A stretch of 64,000 nt of DNA from Myxococcales bacterium (GTDB lineage: Bacteria > Myxococcota_A > Polyangia > Polyangiales > DASUME01): contig JASGJH010000001.1 in the NCBI GenBank assembly GCA_047601445.1, forward strand, positions 480,001 to 544,000, given 5' to 3'. A program made the translations under genes and the position numbers. The notes below the pieces were generated by a model, which was not told the DNA's origin, did not search any database, and saw only the letters and a program-made list of their open reading frames with translations. This document shows positions 30,474 through 38,337 of this stretch, piece by piece. Positions within the stretch are counted from its first letter, which is position 1, and each line of letters begins with the position of its first letter.

Positions 30474-33400
30474 TCAGAACGTCCCCTTGATGCCGAAGCG
30501 AAACATGCGCGGCGCCTGGTAGGCCGTTGCGCGACCGAAGTTGGGATTCTTGTTGGCGGGATCGAACGGGGTGCCGTCGTCGTTTTGCAGGTTGGCTAGG
30601 CCTCCGCTCTCAACGGGGCGGACGTTGGCGGTCGTGTAGCGTTGATCTCGCGCCGTAACCTGCTGGAAGTTGAACAGATTGAAGATGTCCATGGTCAGCG
30701 AGATGGTGCGGTCCTTCTCGAACTTGAACCCGTAGGCGAGCCGCACGTCCACGTTGTACACCCAGGGCAAGCGCTCACCTTCGCCGCGGTCGAGGATGTA
30801 CACCTGATCGGTGAGGTAGAGCGGGTGCGAGCCGAGCACGCTGGTCGGGCCGCCCGAGTAGGCGCGGAAGCCGGCGCCAGGCGTAATCGCACCGAACTTG
30901 CCCGGGAGCTCGAACTCCCTCGCGCCGAACGCACGGAAATAGTGGCGGTGGTCGCCCGGCAAGTAGCCGTTGCGGTTCACCGTCAGCGAGCGCAGGTCGA
31001 AGTCGCTGTTCATGTGCGGATCGTTCTGAAGGCTATCCGCGCTGTAGAGACCGGTGTAGTTGCCGCGCAGCCACGACACGGTGTAGCTGGCCTGGGCCAT
31101 CCAGCCGTGAGAGTAGAGCTTGGTGAAGTACAGCGTGACGCCGTCGTACTTGCGCTCGGCCTTGGGGAAGTCCTTGGCGATGCCCGAGCCCGGGTTGCCG
31201 AAGAAGTAGGTGTTGGCCTCGTCGCGGCTCATGTCTTCGATGGTCTGATTGAGCCAGCGCTTGGAGTAAGTGAGGCCCAGGCGGCCATCTTCGATGATCT
31301 CGTACTCGCCGCCGCTCACGAACTCGTCGGTCGAGGGAGCCTTGATCTTGGGATCGACGGTGGAGGTACCCGAGGCGTAGGGAGCGTACTTCGAGTTGGG
31401 AGCCGCGCCCCAAGGCAGCAGGTTGTCGTACTGTGTGCACGCGCCAGCTGCTTGTCCGGGCTTGGTCGGATCGCACGCAGCGCCATCCGCGTAGGAGTAG
31501 AGGAAAGGCTCGCCGGACAGATAGCGATCCAGCATGCGCAGCGGCACGGTCTCGTAGTAGCGAGCGTAGTTGACGAAGAGCTTGGACTTACCTTCGGAGG
31601 TGGGGTCGAAGATCAGACCGGCGCGGGGCGAGACCTGGTTCGGGAGCACCATCGCGAGGCTGCCGTCGCGCGCGTACATGAGCTGCGCGTCGTAGCGTAG
31701 GCCGGCGTTGAGGGTCACCCAGTCCTTCATCGCCCAGCTGTCCTGGACGAAGCCACCCATCGACATCGAGCGTGTCGCCTTGTGAATGCTCTGAAGCACC
31801 ACCGGCTGATCGGGGCCGGAGAGGTAGCCGTTGGCGAGCTGCTGCTCGTAAATCTGGCCGTCATAGGACTGGTCGACGAAGTCGCGGCCGCCAGTGTAGG
31901 CACTCCTGTTGTCCAACCATTGATGCTCGAGGTCGAACCCGAGCTTGGCGGTATGGTGACCGAAACCCTCGAACAGATAGGTCAGGACGGAGCGCGCCTG
32001 CACGCGGTTGCTCTTGTACTGCTCGAGCAGCTCAGGGCCACCGGTGCGGTAGTCGGTCACGGGGCAGGAGATGGCGTCAGGATTGCCCGCCGGGGATTGG
32101 CAGGCGCCCATCGGAACCTTCTCGAAGTCGGTGATCGAGCGCTGTGGGTCGCGCAGCACCCAGACGTTCGACTGTCCCGCCAGGCCCGAGTTGCTGCCGA
32201 GCTTCGAGCCGTCGGAAGGCAACGTCGAGTTGTTCGCGTTATTGTATCCGAGCCAGCTATCGAGGAAGAGCCGCTTGCCATCGAGCTCCGAGGTCCACTT
32301 CAACAGCGCGTTGGTGCTGTTGGCCTTGTAGACGTTGGCGAGGGCGTCGTAGCTGCCGTTCAGGGTCTTGTAGTAAGGGTTGATGGTTTGGGTGCTGATC
32401 TGAGGCAGACCCGTGTCCGGATGGAAGCCGTACTTACCGTCTCCGCCAGACACCGGGTAGACTCCGTTGACGGAGAGGTTCACACGGTTGTGGCTGTTGG
32501 CGGCCCAGGTCAGCTTGCCGATGGCCTGGAACATGTCCTGCTGGGCCGCGTACGTCTTGGTGGTGCCCGGGATCAGCTTGGTCTGCGCGCTACCGTCGTC
32601 GTTGAGGAGCGGGGTGCCGTCGTCAGCGAACTGGGATTCGTGCAGAGAGCGCTTCAGGTTGTACTTGGACTGGGCGTAGTCGAAGCCGGCGTAGAACCAC
32701 AATTTGTCCTTGATGATCGGACCGCTGACGTCACCGCCGATGTCGAACATGCGATCGAGCTTCGGCGTGGTGACCACCGTTTGGCCGTCGCGTTGTACCA
32801 CCTTGGGATCACCCGAGAGCGCGCCCGGCGCGTAGTTCGCCCATACCGAGGCGTGGACCTCGTTGGAGCCTGACTTCGTGATGGCGTTGAAGATACCGCC
32901 GGTGGAGCGACCGTACTCCGGCATGTAACCGCCGCTCAGCACGCTGACCTCTTTCATGAAGTCGATGCTGAGTGGGGTGTTGTTGAGGCCGTAGAGCGAG
33001 TTGGACACCGACTGGCCGTCGATCAGGTAGCGGTTTTCGCCCGATGACGCGCCGAACATCGACATGCCGAAGGGATCGGCCTGCACGCCGGGAACCACGT
33101 CAGCCACCGATTCGAACGAGCGCACGGAGGAGCCCTTGCCTCCGGGCATCGACACCGGGATGCGCGTCGTGAAGTCCGACGTGATGTTCATACCGACGCT
33201 GCTCGAGCCGACGTCGACGGTGGGCGTGCGGCCCACGACAACGACTTCCTGGGCCTTGAGTGCCTCGGGCAACAGCGAGCCGTTCAAGCGGAGCGTCGCG
33301 TCGACGTGGAGGTCGAGGGCCTCGCGCGCATAGGGTTTGAAGTTCTCCGCTTCGACACGCAGCGTGTACACGCCGGGAGGCAGCCCCAGGATGCGATAGC

Positions 33401-33680
33401 CGCCCTGAGCGTCGGTCACGGCCAACTCTTCGCCCTGCAACGCAGGGGAGGTGACGGTCACGACGGCATCCGCCACGGGCTTGCCCGTGGAGGCATCGCG
33501 GATCGTTCCGATCAGACCCGCGGCGCCTTGCTGCGCTTCGACGGGACTTACGCAGAGCGTGCCCGCACCCAAGATCGGGAGGCTCAAGGCCGCCATCGTC
33601 AGCAGACGGCCCAGGGCCATCGTGCTGCGAGGCCTATATGAGTTCGAGCCCCTCTTCTTACCTTCGGCGGCTTCCGCCAT
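30474..33680 (-). CDS. oar: Oar-like TonB-dependent outer-membrane transporter with an N-terminal CarboxypepD_reg-like domain
   Basis: GTIRD..GKPV.DA.VTV, plug EVSVLSGGYMPEYGRSTGG, GGDVSGPIIKDKLWF, FVQDSW...LNAGLRYD, PRAG..FDP, C-terminal RFGIKGTF; RBS GGAGGG. Confidence 0.87.
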   Translation of the reverse strand: MAEAAEGKKRGSNSYRPRSTMALGRLLTMAALSLPILGAGTLCVSPVEAQQGAAGLIGTIRDASTGKPVADAVVTVTSPALQGEELAVTDAQGGYRILGLPPGVYTLRVEAENFKPYAREALDLHVDATLRLNGSLLPEALKAQEVVVVGRTPTVDVGSSSVGMNITSDFTTRIPVSMPGGKGSSVRSFESVADVVPGVQADPFGMSMFGASSGENRYLIDGQSVSNSLYGLNNTPLSIDFMKEVSVLSGGYMPEYGRSTGGIFNAITKSGSNEVHASVWANYAPGALSGDPKVVQRDGQTVVTTPKLDRMFDIGGDVSGPIIKDKLWFYAGFDYAQSKYNLKRSLHESQFADDGTPLLNDDGSAQTKLIPGTTKTYAAQQDMFQAIGKLTWAANSHNRVNLSVNGVYPVSGGDGKYGFHPDTGLPQISTQTINPYYKTLNGSYDALANVYKANSTNALLKWTSELDGKRLFLDSWLGYNNANNSTLPSDGSKLGSNSGLAGQSNVWVLRDPQRSITDFEKVPMGACQSPAGNPDAISCPVTDYRTGGPELLEQYKSNRVQARSVLTYLFEGFGHHTAKLGFDLEHQWLDNRSAYTGGRDFVDQSYDGQIYEQQLANGYLSGPDQPVVLQSIHKATRSMSMGGFVQDSWAMKDWVTLNAGLRYDAQLMYARDGSLAMVLPNQVSPRAGLIFDPTSEGKSKLFVNYARYYETVPLRMLDRYLSGEPFLYSYADGAACDPTKPGQAAGACTQYDNLLPWGAAPNSKYAPYASGTSTVDPKIKAPSTDEFVSGGEYEIIEDGRLGLTYSKRWLNQTIEDMSRDEANTYFFGNPGSGIAKDFPKAERKYDGVTLYFTKLYSHGWMAQASYTVSWLRGNYTGLYSADSLQNDPHMNSDFDLRSLTVNRNGYLPGDHRHYFRAFGAREFELPGKFGAITPGAGFRAYSGGPTSVLGSHPLYLTDQVYILDRGEGERLPWVYNVDVRLAYGFKFEKDRTISLTMDIFNLFNFQQVTARDQRYTTANVRPVESGGLANLQNDDGTPFDPANKNPNFGRATAYQAPRMFRFGIKGTF

Positions 33681-34079
33681 TACCACCCTCCATTACAGAA
33701 ATGCGTTCGCGTCGTTTTGATGCGCAGACCGGTACATCGGGGCCTTACAGCGGCCCTTACCTTCGTTGGGTCAGCTAGGACCTCACGGGTCCCTCGTCGG
33801 CTCTGGTCCCTCAGTCCGGGACTTCCCCCCATCGGAAGCCCAGGATTTTCGGTGCGTCCCCTTGTGCAACGCAGGTTGCCGAACGATTTCGCCAAGCCCG
33901 AATAGGGTAACATCGTGGTCAACGTGGAATACAAGCAAACTTGCGGGGTACCCCAATCATTTTAGTGAGATGCGGCGCAGCTCTGCTGCCATGTAGGGAG
34001 CAGCCATGCAGCAGAAGCGATGTGCGCGCCGCGCTCTCGGCAGGGGCCACGAACGGGGATGCAAGGCCGCTTAAAGCGA

Positions 34080-34110
34080 CACGGGCTCGCGACGGAGTCG
34101 CGAGCCCGTG
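34080..34110. terminator. Perfect 14-bp stem hairpin just downstream of the S8 protease gene
   Basis: CACGGGCTCGCGAC-GGA-GTCGCGAGCCCGTG; the U-tract is weak. Confidence 0.6.
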
Positions 34111-34130
34111 AGCTGGAGATCATGCTGCGT

Positions 34131-35720
34131 TCAGCGGACTGCAGCGTAGGCGTCTGCAATACCGGAGCCGTAGAAGCCGTTGTACAGCGGACTTCCTTCG
34201 CAGTTCATCTCGGGCATGTCGTCAGGGTAAGGCTGATAGGGGTTTGCCGGGCAAGCCGTGTGCTGCGCGCGCAGACCCATGTGGGCCTTCAGCAGCGTGG
34301 GCGAGAGCTTGCCGAAGCGGCTCATCACCAGTGCTGCGACAGCCGTGGCGTGGGGCGTGGCCATGGAGGTGCCCTGCATCAGGCCGTAGGTCTCGGCGCA
34401 GGTGCTGGGATCGGAGTTGGGATCGTTGGGGTCGAGGCCATCGGCGCAGTTCACGCCCACGCGGCCGTTCCAGTTGATCGCGTCGAGGAAGTACCAGCTG
34501 TCTGAGGGCATCGGCGAGAGGATCTGGCCCGATGCGTTGCCAGGCATCGGCACGTGCAGGTCACCACCAGGCGACGCGATGTCGACGATGCCCAGGCCGT
34601 AGTTCGAGTAGTAGGCCATGTTCTTGTCGCCACCGATGGCGCTCACGCCGATGACTCCATCGAGGCCGACCGGCAGCAGCTTGCACGAGGAGTCGATGTT
34701 TCGCTCCACGGTCTCGGCGTCGGTCGGACTGAAGTAGTCGACGGTCGGATGGGCCAGGTCGATCTGCTCGTTGCTGGCGGCCGCGAACATCGTGGTGCCC
34801 TTGCGGCTCGCGAAGTTCACAGCACGCTGCTGGGCGGTCATCAACGTCTTCTGCACCGGATCGCTCGGGCAGCTGAAGTACCAGGGATCGATGTAGATGC
34901 TTCCGTTGACCAAGGGGATGTCGTGGGTCGCGGCCCAGTACATGCCGCAGATGAACGACTCGGGGTAAACGAAGCCGTCGTCGGTGACCTTGATCGAGGC
35001 GAGCGTGACGCCGGGGGCGATGCCTCCGATGCCGTGCCCGTTTTCCTTGGCGGCAATGATGCCCGCGACGTGCGAGCCGTGGCCCACGATGTCGCGGCCC
35101 CAGCTGTCGTGTCGGGTGTCGGCGAAGCCACCGATGCACGATGCGCTGTTCCCGGCGCTGATCTGACCCTTGAGGTCGGGCAAGCTGTCGTCGACGCCCG
35201 AGTCCATCACGGCAACCATCACGGACTTGGCGCCCTTCGTGATGCGATGGGCTTCCTTCACGTGGATGATGTCGTTGTTCCACTGATAGCCGCTGAGCGG
35301 CTCGGGCGACGTGGGCGCGGGCCGCGGCGACTTCACGTCACTCCAGGCCATGTGCACCGGCAGCGCCGAGGTGCCGGCGCCGGTCGTGGCGGCCACCGAA
35401 TCGATTTCCGGCCGTGCCTCGAGCTTCGAGGCGAACGACTGGGTGTGTCCCGTGGCGATCACGACGCCGATTTCGGGATAGGAGGCCACGAGCTCGCCGC
35501 CGGCTTTCTCGATGTCCTTCTTCGCGGACTTCGGGACAGCTTCGCGCTTGTAGAGCACGACGAAGGTCGCTGCAGGGATCTCGTCGAGCGCTGATGCGGA
35601 GCCGAGAGTGGTTTGCTCTTCGCCCGAGGGCTGGATATCTCCGGCGCACGCCGAAAGCGGCATTGCGAGTGTTAGCGCTAGGCGAACGACCTTTCGCGGC
35701 AAGGGAAGCGTCATGGCCAC
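34131..35720 (-). CDS. Subtilisin-like S8 serine protease, lipoprotein with a propeptide
   Basis: Catalytic triad motifs VAVMDSG, GHGSHVAG, GTSMATPH; lipobox LSAC. Confidence 0.93.
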   Translation of the reverse strand: MAMTLPLPRKVVRLALTLAMPLSACAGDIQPSGEEQTTLGSASALDEIPAATFVVLYKREAVPKSAKKDIEKAGGELVASYPEIGVVIATGHTQSFASKLEARPEIDSVAATTGAGTSALPVHMAWSDVKSPRPAPTSPEPLSGYQWNNDIIHVKEAHRITKGAKSVMVAVMDSGVDDSLPDLKGQISAGNSASCIGGFADTRHDSWGRDIVGHGSHVAGIIAAKENGHGIGGIAPGVTLASIKVTDDGFVYPESFICGMYWAATHDIPLVNGSIYIDPWYFSCPSDPVQKTLMTAQQRAVNFASRKGTTMFAAASNEQIDLAHPTVDYFSPTDAETVERNIDSSCKLLPVGLDGVIGVSAIGGDKNMAYYSNYGLGIVDIASPGGDLHVPMPGNASGQILSPMPSDSWYFLDAINWNGRVGVNCADGLDPNDPNSDPSTCAETYGLMQGTSMATPHATAVAALVMSRFGKLSPTLLKAHMGLRAQHTACPANPYQPYPDDMPEMNCEGSPLYNGFYGSGIADAYAAVR

Positions 35721-35765
35721 ACATCCTTCTCAATGAGGTTACGTACCGAGGTTGGAAGGGCTCCT

Positions 35766-35781
35766 TGCGAGAACCGTACCT
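35766..35781 (-). promoter_or_regulatory. Possible sigma-54 promoter of the S8 protease gene
   Basis: Minus strand AGGTACGGTTCTCGCA fits GG-N10-GC, about 45 nt upstream of the start; an imperfect match to TGGCACG-N4-TTGC. Confidence 0.45.
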
Positions 35782-35843
35782 GGCTTAAAACCCCGCAAAA
35801 CTCGGTCGTTTCGCGGTGTCTTGAAGGGGCCTACCTCGGCACC

Positions 35844-35955
35844 TGTTTCCGCGGCGGAAACAAACTGTTGTCTGCGAGGCAACAGGGTTAGCGGCCGATG
35901 CAGCGCGCGTTGCGCGGCAGACTCTCATCGAGCCTTCGCTGCATGCGCAGCAACG
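35844..35955. promoter_or_regulatory. Cluster of 19-bp palindromic operator/enhancer-like sites (S8 side)
   Basis: TGTTTCCGCGGCGGAAACA 35844-35862, TGTTGTCTGCGAGGCAACA 35866-35884, CGCTGCATGCGCAGCAACG 35937-35955. Confidence 0.65.
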
Positions 35956-36372
35956 GAGATGTGGGCCGCGGAAATGCAACGACGATGGTGGCGAGGTAGG
36001 GCGCGTTGCGCGATCAACTTCCCATCGTCTGCGCGGTACCGACATCTGCGTGTGGCTCGGCATGAGCACCACGTCGTTGCGGTGCGCCGACCGGGTCCGC
36101 GGCCGACGACGACCAGGTGCTACTCGTCGAGCGGACCGCACCAAGCGGAGCTGCGCATCCACACCCGACTTGGTCAGCGTGTCCGCGTGACGAGCGCAAC
36201 CAACTTTCGGCGCGCCGTCGAACCGGCCTCCATGCCAGTGAGCTCACGATGGAGTGCCAGTAGGGGAGCCAGGAGCGATGCTCTTGCCACTCGTCTATAG
36301 AGGATGCCTGCAACTCGAGCCGCCCAGGGTGGTGACAACGAACCGCGGGAGCCGGCTTCTCCCCTGGGCTGT

Positions 36373-36651
36373 CGTTGCCTGCGAGTGTCTGTCCGCGGAG
36401 CAACAGAGATGGCGGCCCAGGCAGGGTACGTTTGGGTGGGGGCAGCTGCAGGCCGGAGTGCGACAAGGCATCTCATCCCGACCGGCCGGAGTGTTGCTTG
36501 TGTTGCCTGCGAGTGTTGCCTCGGAGTGTTGCCTGTGAAGCAACACGGGAGGCGGTCGCGGCAGGGGGTGTTGCTTCGGCCGTTATCCCAAGAGCCTCCG
36601 TTGCTTGCGAGTGTTGCCTGCGAGGAGACAGTTGTTGCCTCGGGTGTAACG
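36373..36651. promoter_or_regulatory. Dense array of TGTTGC half-sites and 19-bp palindromes (lipoprotein side)
   Basis: TGTTGC at 36492, 36501, 36514, 36527, 36569, 36612, 36633; full sites TGTTGCCTGTGAAGCAACA 36527-36545, TGTTGCCTGCGAGGAGACA 36612-36630, TGTTGCCTCGGGTGTAACG 36633-36651. Confidence 0.7.
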
Positions 36652-36746
36652 CGAACTTGCGTGCGACATAGGTAATTGAGGTGGGATCACCCAAAAATGC
36701 CAGGAGTTCCGCGCCTACCCGGTCGACTCTGGCCCTGCAATGTTGC

Positions 36747-36762
36747 TGGCACGTGTCCTGCT
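36747..36762 (+). promoter_or_regulatory. Sigma-54 (-24/-12) promoter of the NGL-repeat lipoprotein gene
   Basis: TGGCACGTGTCCTGCT, a near-consensus TGGCACG-N4-[T]TGC, about 110 nt upstream of the ATG. Confidence 0.75.
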
Positions 36763-36873
36763 TTAGTCCCTTGCGAAGTTCGCTCTCGACAATGGCAAAC
36801 CCCGGGCGACCGGGCGTCGCAAAACCACGGGACTCCGAAGCGAGTTAGCCGGGTTACCGAAGGAGATAAGCAC

Positions 36874-37863
36874 ATGAATAAGCTGAAGTTGGTTCCGGCC
36901 GTGATGGCGCTCACGTTGATTGGCTGCGCGGCCGACATGGCCGACGATGGTTCTGAGGTTGCTGATCAGGACATCGTGGACGACAACGGCCTTCCGAAGG
37001 GCAACGGCCTCCCGAAGGGCAACGGCCTTCCGAAGGGCAACGGCCTTCCGAAGGGCAACGGCCTCCCGAAGGGCAACGGCCTCGTCGAGGGTGCTGGCCT
37101 GAACAACGGCGCCGTGGTCTCCCTCAAGAACGCCGACGGCAGTCCCAACACGGCTGGCCTCTTGAACACGGGCAACGGCTTGCTCGGCTACGACAACAAC
37201 CAGGGCACCGAGTACGGCGACATGACGGCGCAGTACCTCGTCGAATGCGCACTGCCCACCGGCCACTGCGTCGACGTAGTGGACTACGCGGGCGTGCCGG
37301 CGACCTACTGCGGCTCCTTCAACGTGGCGCCCGAGTGGGAGTTCGGCGACTGCGGTACGGCCTGCCAGGAGCGCGTCTCGGCGTGTATTCTTGCGCGTAC
37401 CAACGCCAAGGGCGAGCACGTGGTGCTCGAGTTCAACGGCACCTTCAACAACTCGCAGGGCAACAACCCGCTCGGCACCCACAACAGCTCGCTCGGCTAT
37501 GGCAAGCAGGAAGCCGTCTTCATGGGCAACCTCTTCCTGGATCCGCCCCAGGCCCACTTCTGCACCGGCAGCTCGCTCAATAGCTGGGGTACTTCGTACT
37601 TCAACTGGGACGGCAAGGGGCCGCTCGCCACGCGTCTGTGCGGTGGGACGTACAGCGCCAGCACCGTCTTCGCCAGCGGTTCCGACTGCACGCAGGTGTA
37701 CATGTTCGCGGGTCAGTGCAACTTCGACGTGACCACGGCCTTCACGCCCATCATCAACCAGATGCAGAACAAGTGTTCGTGGGGTTCGAACAGCACGGCC
37801 AGCAGCTGCAAGGACAAGAACGGCCGGACCTGGAACAACGTCATCACCACCTTCACCAAGTGA
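36874..37863 (+). CDS. Cys-rich lipoprotein of unknown function with (NGLPKG)5 repeats
   Basis: RBS AAGGAG; lipobox LIGC; YLVECALP...APEW...C...CQERVSACILARTN domain; strong C-ending codon bias. Confidence 0.85.
   Translation: MNKLKLVPAVMALTLIGCAADMADDGSEVADQDIVDDNGLPKGNGLPKGNGLPKGNGLPKGNGLPKGNGLVEGAGLNNGAVVSLKNADGSPNTAGLLNTGNGLLGYDNNQGTEYGDMTAQYLVECALPTGHCVDVVDYAGVPATYCGSFNVAPEWEFGDCGTACQERVSACILARTNAKGEHVVLEFNGTFNNSQGNNPLGTHNSSLGYGKQEAVFMGNLFLDPPQAHFCTGSSLNSWGTSYFNWDGKGPLATRLCGGTYSASTVFASGSDCTQVYMFAGQCNFDVTTAFTPIINQMQNKCSWGSNSTASSCKDKNGRTWNNVITTFTK
36985..37083 (+). repeat. In-frame 18-bp tandem repeat, 5.5 copies, encoding NGLPKG
   Basis: AACGGCCT(T/C)CCGAAGGGC units start at 36985, 37003, 37021, 37039, 37057, followed by a partial AACGGCCTC. 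Confidence 0.97.
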
Positions 37864-37911
37864 TGAGTTGACGTCGCGCCTTCGGGCGACTGCCTAAGCT
37901 AGCGAACTTTG

Positions 37912-37950
37912 AAACGCCCGGAACCCACGGTTCCGGGCGTTTGTTCTTGT
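37912..37950 (+). terminator. Rho-independent terminator
   Basis: AAACGCCCGGAACC-CAC-GGTTCCGGGCGTTT followed by a T-rich tail; a smaller TTCG-loop hairpin lies at about 37873-37890. Confidence 0.85.
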
Positions 37951-38028
37951 TTGGCTCCCGCACAACCGCCGGCCCCTTCTGGGGCGAAGCTCGAAGCCGT
38001 TCGCGACGTGGTATGCAGCGTTTGGCCC

Positions 38029-38319
38029 ATGTTCGCGCTCAAGATCACCGCCAGGGCAGACGAGCTCCTGATCGAGGTTCAGGTCGCTCCACGCGCCTCA
38101 CGCACCAAGCTCCTGGGCGTGCATGACGGCAAGCTCAAGGTGGCCCTCGAGGCCGCACCCGTGGACGGCGAGGCCAACGCCGCGCTGATCGCCTTCCTGG
38201 CCAAGCTACTCAAGCAGCCCAAGCGCAACGTGGTGCTGGTTCGTGGTGAAACCAGCCGTCACAAGCTAGTCGCGCTGCGCGGCGTGACGGAAGCAGAACT
38301 GCAGCAGCTCCTCGCCTGA
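38029..38319 (+). CDS. DUF167/YggU family protein
   Basis: VAPRASR, LKV...APVDGEANAALI.FLA, GETSRHK. Confidence 0.9.
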   Translation: MFALKITARADELLIEVQVAPRASRTKLLGVHDGKLKVALEAAPVDGEANAALIAFLAKLLKQPKRNVVLVRGETSRHKLVALRGVTEAELQQLLA

Positions 38320-38337
38320 GGGGAGGCCCCTCGCGGC

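Noticed and set aside
36373..36651. CRISPR array or iteron origin interpretation of the GAGTGTTGCC repeats
   Set aside because: Units are only 9-13 bp, with no regular unique spacers and no cas or rep gene in the window; the palindromic geometry near a sigma-54 element fits regulator sites better
35752..36694. Several 70-180 aa ORFs in the S8/lipoprotein intergenic region
   Set aside because: No recognisable motifs, RBS or codon bias; the translations merely reflect the DNA repeats
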